The translations under genes were made by a program, and so were the position numbers. DNA of 64,000 nt, taken from the NCBI GenBank assembly GCA_965279515.1, contig CBDIID010000003.1, forward strand, positions 4,640,001-4,704,000, written 5' to 3'. Under the pieces are notes generated by a model. The model did not search any database. It was not told where the DNA came from and saw nothing but the letters and a program-made list of their open reading frames with translations. The DNA comes from Turneriella sp. (lineage in GTDB: Bacteria > Spirochaetota > Leptospiria > Turneriellales > Turneriellaceae). Of this stretch, positions 1 through 9,719 are shown piece after piece (position 1 is the stretch's first letter; each line of letters begins with the position of its first letter).

Positions 1-14
1 AGATTGTGTAAAAA

Positions 15-356
15 TCATCCTATGGCGATTTTGCCTTTTTCGCCCGTTCGGATTCTGACGATATCCGCGAGCTCTGTGATAAAGATTTTACCGTCGCCGA
101 TTTTGCCGGTTCGGGCTCCCTTGATAATCGCATCCACCGCGCGCGGAACAAAGTCTTCATTCACGGCGATTTCAATGCGTACCTTGGGCAAGAGGTTAAT
201 TTCATGCAGAGCGCCCCGGAATGTTTCCGCATAGCCGCTTTGCTGGCCGCAGCCCTGAACATTGTTCATGGTCATTTTTGTGACCTGGGCCTTGAAGAGT
301 TCGTCTTTGACCTTTTGTAAGCGGTGGGGTTGTATGAGAGCTGTGAGCAGTTTCAT
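15..356 (-). CDS. glnK: P-II nitrogen regulator (GlnB/GlnK family), more divergent paralog
   Basis: 113 aa; TGKIGDGKIF and RIRTGE P-II motifs; last gene of the amt cluster within the window. Confidence 0.95.
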   Translation of the reverse strand: MKLLTALIQPHRLQKVKDELFKAQVTKMTMNNVQGCGQQSGYAETFRGALHEINLLPKVRIEIAVNEDFVPRAVDAIIKGARTGKIGDGKIFITELADIVRIRTGEKGKIAIG

Positions 357-375
357 AAATATACCAACAAGGGAA

Positions 376-402
376 TCCCGGCTATAATTTCTATAGCCGG
401 GA
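376..402. terminator. Intergenic 11-bp hairpin (attenuator/stabiliser or weak terminator)
   Basis: TCCCGGCTATA-atttc-TATAGCCGGGA perfect stem between two glnK genes; only a weak U-tract on the minus strand. Confidence 0.5.
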
Positions 403-409
403 CCAAAAT

Positions 410-751
410 TTATCCGATAGCGCTGGTTCCTTTTTCTCCCGTACGGATGCGGATGACTTCCGCAAGTTCGGTGATAAAGATTTTACCGTCGCCGATGTTT
501 CCGGTGCGTGCACCGGAAATAATCGCCTGGATTGTCGCTTCGACAAAGTCTTCGTTGACCGCGACTTCAATACGCACCTTCTTGAGCAGGTTCACCTCGT
601 GAACCACGCCCCGGTACGATTCGTCGTAGCCGCGCTGCTGGCCGCAGCCGAGCGCGTTGGAGACTGTCATCTTAGTGACGTTCGCCTTGAAGAGCGCGTC
701 TTTGACATCCTGCAGTTTATGCGGTTGAATCATTGCTGTGATAAGTTTCAT
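410..751 (-). CDS. glnK: P-II nitrogen regulator
   Basis: 113 aa; [10 protein letters not shown] and RIRTGE; GGAGG SD upstream. Confidence 0.95.
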   Translation of the reverse strand: MKLITAMIQPHKLQDVKDALFKANVTKMTVSNALGCGQQRGYDESYRGVVHEVNLLKKVRIEVAVNEDFVEATIQAIISGARTGNIGDGKIFITELAEVIRIRTGEKGTSAIG

Positions 752-760
752 GATGCCTCC

Positions 761-2224
761 TTATTCCACAAAGGTCTGAAAGCCATTATAGCCTTCTTCG
801 CCGTGCTCGCTGATATCGAGTCCCAAAGATTCTGTTTCGGGGCTCGCTTTAAGGCCGATCGTGAACTTAATCAGGAACGCGATCACCACCGTTGCCACCA
901 CCGAAAGGGCAATGGTAAAGCCGATAGCCTTGAAGTGTTCGCCCAAAAGACCGTTTTTGATCACAGCTTCGAGCGCCGGGTTTGCATCCTTGCTGGCGAA
1001 TACCGCCGTCAGAATCGCACCTAAAGTACCGCCTACGCCGTGAACGCCGAAGGTGTCAAGCGCATCGTCGTAGCCAATCCATTTCTTCACATACATAACT
1101 GCAAAGAAGGGTACTGAACCTGCGAGAAGGCCCATGATAACAGCTGACGTTGGTGTCACGAAACCCGCTGCCGGGGTGATGACAACGAGACCTGAAACCG
1201 CACCTGAGCAAAAACCGAGTACAGTGGGATGTCCCTTGAGAATCCACTCGAGCACCGGCCAGACAAATGCCGCGACCGCTGCTGCGAGGGTCGTTGTCGT
1301 AAATGCGTTGGCTGCAATACCGTCTGCGGCGAGCGCTGAACCCGCGTTAAAGCCGTACCAGCCTACCCACAGCATGCCTGTACCGATGGCAGTCATGACC
1401 ATACTGTGCGGAGCGAATGATTTCGCGCCGAAGCCGCTGCGTTTACCGACGATGAGGCAGAGAATCAGGGCAGACCAGCCCGATGACATGTGGACGACGG
1501 TGCCGCCCGCAAAGTCGATGGCTTTCATGCCTGCTTTGTCAAAGTTGCCGAGGCCGTTCATGTAACCGCCGGGACCCCAAACCATGTGTGCGAGGGGGAA
1601 ATACACTGCGAACATCCACAGCGCAACAAAAACCAGCACGCTGGTGAATTTCATACGTTCGGCGATCGCGCCGACGATGAGAGCCGGGGTGATAATCGCG
1701 AACATCATCTGGAACATCGAGAATACGTTATTGGATACCCACTGCGCGCCCTGGCCAACCGCACTGTCGACTCCCTTAAAGAGAGCGTAAGCGGTACCGC
1801 CGAGGAAGGGATTACCTTCTGAGAACGCGAATGAATAGCCGATTGCCCACCAGAGAATGGTGACGAGGCCTGCGATGCCGAAACACTGAGCCACAACGCT
1901 GAGTACGTTTTTTGTGCGTACCAGACCGCCGTAGAACAGGGCCAGGCCCGGGAGCGTCATGAAGAGCACGAGCAGTGCCGATGTCATGAGCCAGGCGTTG
2001 TGGCCGGGGCCTGCGCCGGCGATGTTGGTTTTATCCGCTTTATCGGCGGGTTTTACCGCAGCATCGTCCTTAACGCGCGAGCCGTTATTCATATAAGCCT
2101 CGATGTCGGTGACGCGCTGTTCGAGCGTGAGCTCTTTCGGCTTCGCCGCATCCTTGGCTTTGTCTTGAGCGCCGACGAACATCGCCGAACTCAGTAGAAG
2201 TACAATCATACTTTTGAACTTCAT
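761..2224 (-). CDS. amtB: Ammonium transporter with signal peptide
   Basis: DFAGGTVVH, WYGFNAGS, YDDALDTFGVHG and GLDISEHGE motifs; twin His retained. Confidence 0.96.
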   Translation of the reverse strand: MKFKSMIVLLLSSAMFVGAQDKAKDAAKPKELTLEQRVTDIEAYMNNGSRVKDDAAVKPADKADKTNIAGAGPGHNAWLMTSALLVLFMTLPGLALFYGGLVRTKNVLSVVAQCFGIAGLVTILWWAIGYSFAFSEGNPFLGGTAYALFKGVDSAVGQGAQWVSNNVFSMFQMMFAIITPALIVGAIAERMKFTSVLVFVALWMFAVYFPLAHMVWGPGGYMNGLGNFDKAGMKAIDFAGGTVVHMSSGWSALILCLIVGKRSGFGAKSFAPHSMVMTAIGTGMLWVGWYGFNAGSALAADGIAANAFTTTTLAAAVAAFVWPVLEWILKGHPTVLGFCSGAVSGLVVITPAAGFVTPTSAVIMGLLAGSVPFFAVMYVKKWIGYDDALDTFGVHGVGGTLGAILTAVFASKDANPALEAVIKNGLLGEHFKAIGFTIALSVVATVVIAFLIKFTIGLKASPETESLGLDISEHGEEGYNGFQTFVE

Positions 2225-2294
2225 GTTATCTCCTGTTGTTTGTGATTTGTTAATTTGAAAGAATTATTCTCCGGATCAACCGGAAATGGAAGAG

Positions 2295-2327
2295 AATCGG
2301 CTGTTCGTTTTGTTCTCACAGCCGATT
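2295..2327. terminator. Intergenic hairpin downstream of glnK
   Basis: AATCGGCTGT ... ACAGCCGATT 10-bp stem. Confidence 0.45.
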
Positions 2328-2342
2328 TTCCCGCGATAGGTG

Positions 2343-2684
2343 TTAACCTATCGCCGTTTTTCCCTTTTCACCCGTACGGATACGGATGACGTCTGCAAGC
2401 TCGGTGATGAAAATTTTCCCATCGCCGATGTTGCCGGTGCGCGCACCGCCGATGATCGCTTTGATCGTCGGTTCGACGAACTCTTCGTTCACCGCAATTT
2501 CGATGCGCACTTTCTTGAGAAGATTCACTTCGTGAACCACGCCGCGGTACGACTCGTCGTAACCGCGTTGCTGGCCGCAACCCAGGGCGTTAGAGACCGT
2601 CATTTTTGTGACGTTGGCCTTGAAGAGCGCGTCTTTAACGTCTTGCAGCTTGTGGGGTTGAATCATTGCTGTTATCAATTTCAT
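2343..2684 (-). CDS. glnK: P-II nitrogen regulator
   Basis: Near-identical protein to 410..751; AAGGAG SD. Confidence 0.95.
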   Translation of the reverse strand: MKLITAMIQPHKLQDVKDALFKANVTKMTVSNALGCGQQRGYDESYRGVVHEVNLLKKVRIEIAVNEEFVEPTIKAIIGGARTGNIGDGKIFITELADVIRIRTGEKGKTAIG

Positions 2685-2721
2685 ATCATACTCCTTATTG
2701 AGGTATCACCGGGCGCGGGGC

Positions 2722-4164
2722 TCAGCGATTCACCTCTTGGAAATCCGCATAAGCTTCGTTGCCGTGTTCGCCAACGTCGAGGCCCATGATTTCTTCATCG
2801 CGTGATACACGGATACCGCCGAGGAGCTTGAGGATGAACCACAGCACCAGAGAAGCCACCAGGGTGAATCCGGCTACTGCGCCGATACCCTTAAGCTGCA
2901 CCACGATCTGGGCGCCTTTGCTCCATTTTGCCGGATCGATCACGTCGCCCGTGAGGCCCGCGATGTTCTTCGCTATGTCGAAGTCATAGAATAATCCTGC
3001 CGCGAGCGTACCGAAAATACCGCACACAAGGTGAACAGAAGTTGCTCCTACCGGATCGTCAATCTTGATCTTGTCGAAGAAGATGACGCTCACAACCACG
3101 AGTACGCCGGCGATCGCGCCAATGAGCGCCGATGAACCGAGAGATACGAACGCACAGGGCGCCGTGATGGCGACGAGACCCGCGAGGGTTCCGTTCAGAA
3201 TCATACCGAGGTCAGGTTTTTTGAGGATAATCCACGCCGCCGCAGTTGCTCCGAGAGCTCCCGTTGCCGCCGCGATGTTTGTACCCAAAAGGACGTGTGC
3301 TACACCTGAACCGTCACCGACTGCCATAAAGCTGCCGGGGTTGAAACCAAACCAGCCGAGCCAGAGGATGAGTGTGCCCAACGCTGCCGAGCTCATGTTG
3401 TGGCCGAGGATCGGTTTTACTTTTCCGTCGGGCGAGTATTTGCCGAGACGGGGGCCGAGGACGATGACGCCTGCAAGGGCCGCCCAACCGCCGACACTGT
3501 GTACCACGGTCGAACCCGCAAAGTCACGGAAGTTCGCCGCACCCAGCCAGCCGCCGCCCCAGATCCAGTGACCGGTAATCGGATAAAGCACCGCTACCAG
3601 AATAAAGCTGAATATAATGAAGGAGTGAAATTTGATACGTTCCGCTACTGCTCCCGAGACAATCGTCGCGGCAGTGCCGGCAAAGACTAACTGGAAGAAG
3701 AATTTTGCGTTGAGGGGTACGCCCGTCCAGTTCATACTGTCGTAAACGCCTTTATAAGCATCGCCGGTTGCAGGTGAATTATCTGCGCCGCCCAGTAAGA
3801 ACAGGCCTTGCTGGCCGATCCAGTCGTTGCCTTTACCGAACATCAGACCCCAGCCGATAACCCAGAAGGAAATCGTCGAGATCGCAAAAACGATGAAGTT
3901 TTTGGCGAGAATATTGACCGTGTTTTTGCTGCGGCAGAAACCGCTTTCCACGAGGGCAAAACCGGCATTCATCCAGAAAACCAGCATCCCTGCCACGACG
4001 GTCCAAAGCGTGTCGATGGCGATCTTCAGCGTTCCCGCACTTGCGGTCACGTCCGCTATTTGTTTCGCCAGGTCCGGGGCCTTTGCGGGTTCTGCCGCAA
4101 AAAGCGCCGCAGGAGCAGCGATCGCCGCGATCAGCATGGCTGCAGCGAGTCTTTTTATTACCAT
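2722..4164 (-). CDS. amt: Ammonium transporter (second, divergent Amt)
   Basis: DFAGSTVVH, WFGFNPGS, IDDPVGATSVH and GLDVGEHG motifs. Confidence 0.96.
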   Translation of the reverse strand: MVIKRLAAAMLIAAIAAPAALFAAEPAKAPDLAKQIADVTASAGTLKIAIDTLWTVVAGMLVFWMNAGFALVESGFCRSKNTVNILAKNFIVFAISTISFWVIGWGLMFGKGNDWIGQQGLFLLGGADNSPATGDAYKGVYDSMNWTGVPLNAKFFFQLVFAGTAATIVSGAVAERIKFHSFIIFSFILVAVLYPITGHWIWGGGWLGAANFRDFAGSTVVHSVGGWAALAGVIVLGPRLGKYSPDGKVKPILGHNMSSAALGTLILWLGWFGFNPGSFMAVGDGSGVAHVLLGTNIAAATGALGATAAAWIILKKPDLGMILNGTLAGLVAITAPCAFVSLGSSALIGAIAGVLVVVSVIFFDKIKIDDPVGATSVHLVCGIFGTLAAGLFYDFDIAKNIAGLTGDVIDPAKWSKGAQIVVQLKGIGAVAGFTLVASLVLWFILKLLGGIRVSRDEEIMGLDVGEHGNEAYADFQEVNR

Positions 4165-4244
4165 AAATCCTCCATATCCAAATGTTAATTGCTACCCGGT
4201 TGGCCGTTTGCGGCGCGAAGCGGACTAAGCACTCGGTACGATTG

Positions 4245-4262
4245 AGCAAACTTGATGCCAAA
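4245..4262 (-). promoter_or_regulatory. Sigma54 (-24/-12) promoter for the amt-glnK cluster
   Basis: Minus strand reads ttTGGCATcaagtTTGCT = GG-N10-GC, about 80 nt upstream of the amt ATG. Confidence 0.85.
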
Positions 4263-4340
4263 ATTATTTCAGCCCATTTGTCGGATTTCCTTCCTTATGT
4301 TTATTATTGACAGAGCTTGGGGGCTTCATGACAAGTTGCC

Positions 4341-6251
4341 ATGCGGTCCATCATGCGATTCCCGTTTATCATCCTGCTGTTCGCGATTGCCATGGCTTCG
4401 TTTTGCCGTAAACGTGGCAGTGTCGAGCTGGGCATGGGGCTTATCCAGGCTGTGCGGGACGGTTCAGCAGGCGAGGTGCGTGACCTGATCCAGTCAGGTG
4501 CGTCGCTGAATGCCCGCGACGAGAACGGCGAAATTCTCTGGCGCGTCGCACTCGAGCATTATAACAAAGCCGTGTGGGAAGTTCTCACCGAAAACAATAT
4601 TGATCTGACACAACCGGATTCCAATGGCAGTTTCGCCGTTCATGTGGCGACGGTAAACGGTCTCGCCGATGCCTCTGAACGTATTTTGAAACTCAATTCG
4701 GGCAAACTGCAGTTAAGTGCCAGTGGCGACACACCCGTGATATCCGCTTCGCGTTATGGTATGGAGCGCACGCTCAAAGTCCTGGCCGGTTATTTTCACG
4801 AAGCCAATGAACGCAACAAATTAGGCGACACCGCCTTGATCGAATCGGCACGCTCGGGCAACATCAAGGCTGTGGAAATGATTCTGAAATACCGGCCGCA
4901 GATACCGCTGGCGAATTATTTCGGGCAAACGGCCGTATCGCAGGCTCGGTATTATTATTTTATGGATATTGTGCGGCTGCTCGAAGGTTTCGGCGCCGAA
5001 AATCCCGAAGCGAGCAAAGAGCTGTTGATCGCCGCGCGCGAGAAAAATCTCGGCAAGGCGCAGGGCGCAGTGGGTCGCGGCGCGAACGTGAACGTCGTCG
5101 ACGAAAAAGGTTATTCGCCGCTTTCTTATTCGGTCGAACTCGCTGATGCGCCGATGATCGAATTCCTGCGCAGTAAAGGCGCGATGAATGCGCTGGCCAG
5201 CCGGCGCCTGCTCCTGGCTATCCGCAACGACAGCGTCGATGTTTTTAATACCTCGCTCAACGAATACGCCGACCCGAACTACACCGACAAAGATTTGCAG
5301 ACGCCTCTGCTCATTGCCTCGGCATTTGGTAATTTCGAGATGGTGAAGTCGTTGCTCGATCGTGGCGCCCAAGTGCAGGCGCGCGATAAAGATGGCTACT
5401 CGGCAGCGTTCTATGCCGCGCAGGAAAACCGCGTGCGTATTCTCGACGAACTCATTAACCGCAAGGCCGACCTCGCACGGAAAAATAATTTCGGATATAC
5501 GCCGCTGATTCTCGCCGCAGCGAAAGGGCATGTCGAGGCCGTGCGGCGGCTCGTTGATGCCGGGGTCGACGTCAATGCGACGGCCGACAACGGCGGTACC
5601 GCTGCATACTGGGCGGCGATCAAAGATTATGATGAAATTGTGAAGATCCTGGTTGGGGCAGGGGCTGTCGATCCCAAGAACAACAAAGAACTCGTGATGG
5701 CGGCGCGCACCAACGATGTCGAACGTGCCGCGCGCGCATTGCAGGCGAACATCAACATCGACCTCAAGAACGAGGATGGTTATACGGCGCTCATGTATGC
5801 TGTGAATTCGGGATCGACCGATGTTGCGAAGGTTATTCTCGACCACCGCGCGCGCATCAATCTGCAAGACCGCGACGGCTATTCGGCGCTGATGATCGCG
5901 TCATTCCGCGGCAACGGCGAAATGATGGAATTCCTGCTCACGTATAAGCCCGATGTCAATCTCAGGCACCGCAGCGGGCGCACGGCGCTCATTATGGCAA
6001 CCTGGAAGGGCACGCCGCAGATGGTGGAGCGGCTGCTGAAAGCCGGGGTTCGGGTCAATGACCAGGATCTCGACGGCTGGACGGCGCTCATGTTTGCCGC
6101 GCATGAGGGCAGCATGGAAAAGGTCAATATTCTGACCAATGCACGGGCCCTCGCCAAGATCAAAAACAAAAAGGGACAAACCGCCCAGGACCTCGCCGAA
6201 GACCGCAACGCGGCCGACATTGCCGCCTTTCTCGCAGAGAGAAAGGCTTAA
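4341..6251 (+). CDS. Ankyrin-repeat protein, probable lipoprotein
   Basis: Many G.TPL/TAL..A...G....V..LL..GA.VN repeats; hydrophobic N-terminus ending in Cys (MASFC). Confidence 0.9.
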   Translation: MRSIMRFPFIILLFAIAMASFCRKRGSVELGMGLIQAVRDGSAGEVRDLIQSGASLNARDENGEILWRVALEHYNKAVWEVLTENNIDLTQPDSNGSFAVHVATVNGLADASERILKLNSGKLQLSASGDTPVISASRYGMERTLKVLAGYFHEANERNKLGDTALIESARSGNIKAVEMILKYRPQIPLANYFGQTAVSQARYYYFMDIVRLLEGFGAENPEASKELLIAAREKNLGKAQGAVGRGANVNVVDEKGYSPLSYSVELADAPMIEFLRSKGAMNALASRRLLLAIRNDSVDVFNTSLNEYADPNYTDKDLQTPLLIASAFGNFEMVKSLLDRGAQVQARDKDGYSAAFYAAQENRVRILDELINRKADLARKNNFGYTPLILAAAKGHVEAVRRLVDAGVDVNATADNGGTAAYWAAIKDYDEIVKILVGAGAVDPKNNKELVMAARTNDVERAARALQANINIDLKNEDGYTALMYAVNSGSTDVAKVILDHRARINLQDRDGYSALMIASFRGNGEMMEFLLTYKPDVNLRHRSGRTALIMATWKGTPQMVERLLKAGVRVNDQDLDGWTALMFAAHEGSMEKVNILTNARALAKIKNKKGQTAQDLAEDRNAADIAAFLAERKA

Positions 6252-6324
6252 AGGCCGGGGAAGAATTGGCCGTTAATAATGACAGCGGCCAAAGGAAAAA
6301 ATCCGCCGCAACGGGAATAATGCA

Positions 6325-7053
6325 ATGTTGAAAAAGAAGCTGCTCATATTCGCATCTCTGGCCATAACCGGCGTCTGCGGCGTCCTGTGGGCGCAGAAGA
6401 TCATCGACCCGCAGGTGATCGCCCAGCAGGAAGAACAGAAGAAAAAGGCCGACGATTCGGGCTATGCCGATATTGAGATCGATAATTTACACCGCGAAAT
6501 CGCTATGCTGGCACCCAGGGCCGCCCCGCGGATGACCAAGGACCAGGACGGGGGCTTAAGCCTCGAAGTTGCATCGGGCGAATCGATTAAGACAATTTCC
6601 CTGCGTTATCTCTATAATGGCCGCATCATCCTCTATCCTTCAGGCGACACAAAGGCGCCCAAGCTCACGAAGATCAAATTGGTCTTTGAACGTACGAATC
6701 CTTTTGGTAAGGAATACAAACGGGAAAAACGCGAAGTGCTGAACGCCACGCCGCTGTTTTTCGACAACCCTGAGCAGAAAGAGGGCGCCCAGCGCGTTGA
6801 GCCAAAGGTTGACCGCAACGACGATATCGTTGTCACGTATTTCGAATCCGAATTCGATGCCCGCGGCCAGGAAACTTTCAAAGAGAAAGAGAAGGTGGAG
6901 CTCAAAACGATACCCTTCTATGAAAAGAAGATCGACTTTGTCGAAACGTATAAAAAATACCTGCGCCGTACTGCGAAATCGCTCCGCTTCACCGTGGAAT
7001 CGATTGAAATCACCCAGAAAAAGAAACTCAGAGACCTGTTCGAGCTGAAGTAG
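6325..7053 (+). CDS. Exported hypothetical protein
   Basis: 242 aa ORF with signal peptide, co-directional in operon. Confidence 0.75.
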   Translation: MLKKKLLIFASLAITGVCGVLWAQKIIDPQVIAQQEEQKKKADDSGYADIEIDNLHREIAMLAPRAAPRMTKDQDGGLSLEVASGESIKTISLRYLYNGRIILYPSGDTKAPKLTKIKLVFERTNPFGKEYKREKREVLNATPLFFDNPEQKEGAQRVEPKVDRNDDIVVTYFESEFDARGQETFKEKEKVELKTIPFYEKKIDFVETYKKYLRRTAKSLRFTVESIEITQKKKLRDLFELK

Positions 7054-7067
7054 ATGGGGTTGCGCCA

Positions 7068-9719
7068 ATGAGTCACGCATTCGAACATGCGTGCCGGCGT
7101 TGCGCCCGGAATTTTTCCCCACGCGTCGACCTGGAAGTCTTTGCCGTATTGACGGCGGTCTGCCCGTACTGCGGCTTTAACCACGGCTACGACAACCGCG
7201 AAGGGAAAATCCTCCGCCTTGTATCGGAGAAGTACGGTGTGCTTCGTTCGGAAAGGCGCGAGGAAGCGCCGCCGTTGCGCGATGAACCCGTGGCCGCGCC
7301 CGGTGCGCGGTATGAAGAACCCGCGAAATCTTTTTTTGCCCCCGCGGTTGTCGAAGAAAAGACACTACATGAGAGTGCGGATGAAGCTCCCGCAGCCGAA
7401 GCCGCACCACAGATTCCCGAATATCCTTATGAACGTTACGAAGTTCCCGAGACGGTAGAGTCAACCGCTGTTGTCAGAGATACCGCCGCGCCCTGGTATG
7501 CCGGTGCCCAAAACGCATGGCATACCGGAAAAGACTATCTGGCAAACCTGAGTATGCGGCGTATGCTTGTGGCGGGTGGCGCCGCGGCTTTTGCCTTCTT
7601 TGCGACGATACTCATGATCCAGGCAATTCCGGTGTCTTCGGAAGAGGCGCGTCAGGCGATCGCATCGCTTAAGGCGCGCCAGGCCGATGTCGTGCTCGAC
7701 CGCAACGGCCATGAGCTCAACAAGCTCGGCGTCTCACAATCGGACAAAGCCGAGCTCAGCGAGTTCCATAAGTGGCAGCTCGACGCCTTACTTTTTGCCG
7801 AAGACCGCAAGTTTTACGAACACCATGGCGTGCAGTACAGTTCGATTCTGCGCGCAGTGCTCAACAATGCGCTGCGCCTGCGTTATGCGCAGGGCGCGTC
7901 GACCATTACGCAGCAGCTCGCACGGATTATCCTGCAGAACCGCAAAAAAAGTATTTTCCGTAAGCTGACCGAGGTGCGCCTGGCCCGCGCGCTCGAAGTT
8001 GTGCTCTCGAAACAGAAGATTCTCGATCTCTACGTCAATAACGTTTACCTGGGGCACGGGAACTATTCTTTTGCATCGGCGGCAAAATTTTATTATAACA
8101 AAACCATCCGCGAGCTGACGGTGAACGAGTTTCTCTCGATCGTGGCTTTGATTCCTTCGCCCGAGAAATTCTCGCCGCTCAAGAATAACCGCCGGCTGCT
8201 TGCACGGATGCAGAATTTATATGATGGCATGACAGCCGCCGGCATTATTAATTTACCCGCCGCATCATGGCAAAGGGGGATGGACTCCGTCACCGAGCAA
8301 TCGGGTCGCTTTGCGAGTGAGACCGCTTTCGGTGAAAAATCGCGCTCGGGCCTGTGGCCCGCTCAGTTCGCGCGCGACTTTCTCATGCAGCGGAAAATCC
8401 TGTTTGCCGAAAACCAGAATTCTGCCCGCGTCTATACAACCATCGATGCAGAGCTCCAGGAAAAAGCCGAAGACCTCGTGCATAAACACCTGGAACGCGG
8501 CCGGAAAAACTTCCGCGGTGTGCTGAAAAGCGACGACTCGGATGAAATCCGCCTGAAAACCAAATTGCGCCGCGCGGCCTATGATTCAGGCCTCATGCTC
8601 GAAATCGGCGGCCTGAACGTTGCGCGCGAAGCCGAACCGCAACTGCAGGCGGCTCTCATTGCCGTGTCGCCGCGTACGGGCGAGATTCTTGCGATGGTTG
8701 GTGGCGACAGCTTTGAAAGTAAAAACCAGCTGAACCGCACGGTGCAGATGCGCCGGCAGACGGGCTCTGCGATTAAACCCTTCATCTATGCGAAAGCGAC
8801 GAGCCTGCACCTGATCCATGCGGCGAGCCTCATCGACGATTCGCCCTATGTTGTCGGGTCGGGATCCAAAGTCTGGGCGCCGGAAAATATCAACGGTGGT
8901 TTCGAAGGACCGATGCCCGCGCGCGACGCACTCGCGAAATCGCGTAATATTCCCGCTATCAGGGTAGGGCGGCTTGTTGGCCGCGACGGTATCACAGAGC
9001 TTTTCTCCGAATTCTTTTTCCAGAGTGAGAATGCCCTCGCCGAGCGTTTCAGTTATGATGAGACCGTGGCGATCGGTACGATCTCGCTGTCACCCCTCGA
9101 GATGGCGCGGGCCTTCTCTGTTTTCGCCAACAACGGTTTTCTGAACGACCCCATTCTCATCACGCGGGTCGAAGGTCATGAGAAGGTCATGGACCTGCGA
9201 AAGACCCACGCCGATCAGCTGGGCCTGACGGCGGCAGCGAAAGAACGCCTGTTGTCGGCAGCGGAAACGGCGCTTATGGTATCGCTGCTGAAAAGCTCGG
9301 GCCGCAATTCGGGCAGCGGCCTGCCGAATGTCATCGGCAAAACAGGCACTTCATCGGAATCGCGCGACCTGTGGTTTGTCGGCGGCGGAAAAGATATCAT
9401 CGTGGCGGTCTGGTTTGGTTTCGACGATATGCGTTATTCGATTCCCGGTGCCACGGGCTCTGCGCTGGCTTCGAAACTGGCGGGTGATTTCCTCGGCAAA
9501 GATTTTACGCCGGTGGATTTCAAGATGCAGCCCGGCATGGTACGCATGCGCATCTGTCCGCTATCGGGCAAAATTGCTTCCGAAGGTTGTTCGCATGCAC
9601 GCAGCGAAATTTTCCTCAGCGGCGTATTGCCCGAAGGTGAATGCCTGCACGGCAGCGGCGGCGCATCGTCCGGCGAGTCAGATTTTATGGCCGTGATGGG
9701 CGATTCACAATTCCGGTGA
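7068..9719 (+). CDS. Class A penicillin-binding protein (transglycosylase/transpeptidase) with N-terminal Zn-ribbon
   Basis: EDRKFYEHHG, QGASTITQQLAR, SAIK (SxxK), SRN, KTG. Confidence 0.92.
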   Translation: MSHAFEHACRRCARNFSPRVDLEVFAVLTAVCPYCGFNHGYDNREGKILRLVSEKYGVLRSERREEAPPLRDEPVAAPGARYEEPAKSFFAPAVVEEKTLHESADEAPAAEAAPQIPEYPYERYEVPETVESTAVVRDTAAPWYAGAQNAWHTGKDYLANLSMRRMLVAGGAAAFAFFATILMIQAIPVSSEEARQAIASLKARQADVVLDRNGHELNKLGVSQSDKAELSEFHKWQLDALLFAEDRKFYEHHGVQYSSILRAVLNNALRLRYAQGASTITQQLARIILQNRKKSIFRKLTEVRLARALEVVLSKQKILDLYVNNVYLGHGNYSFASAAKFYYNKTIRELTVNEFLSIVALIPSPEKFSPLKNNRRLLARMQNLYDGMTAAGIINLPAASWQRGMDSVTEQSGRFASETAFGEKSRSGLWPAQFARDFLMQRKILFAENQNSARVYTTIDAELQEKAEDLVHKHLERGRKNFRGVLKSDDSDEIRLKTKLRRAAYDSGLMLEIGGLNVAREAEPQLQAALIAVSPRTGEILAMVGGDSFESKNQLNRTVQMRRQTGSAIKPFIYAKATSLHLIHAASLIDDSPYVVGSGSKVWAPENINGGFEGPMPARDALAKSRNIPAIRVGRLVGRDGITELFSEFFFQSENALAERFSYDETVAIGTISLSPLEMARAFSVFANNGFLNDPILITRVEGHEKVMDLRKTHADQLGLTAAAKERLLSAAETALMVSLLKSSGRNSGSGLPNVIGKTGTSSESRDLWFVGGGKDIIVAVWFGFDDMRYSIPGATGSALASKLAGDFLGKDFTPVDFKMQPGMVRMRICPLSGKIASEGCSHARSEIFLSGVLPEGECLHGSGGASSGESDFMAVMGDSQFR

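Noticed and set aside
4263..4420. NtrC-type enhancer for the sigma54 promoter
   Set aside because: No convincing TGCAC-N-GTGCA-like palindrome was found by eye
4821..5867. Long antisense ORFs (also 37747..38862, 50238..51443, 34262..35050)
   Set aside because: Shadow frames of well-supported genes in GC-rich DNA with no recognisable motifs
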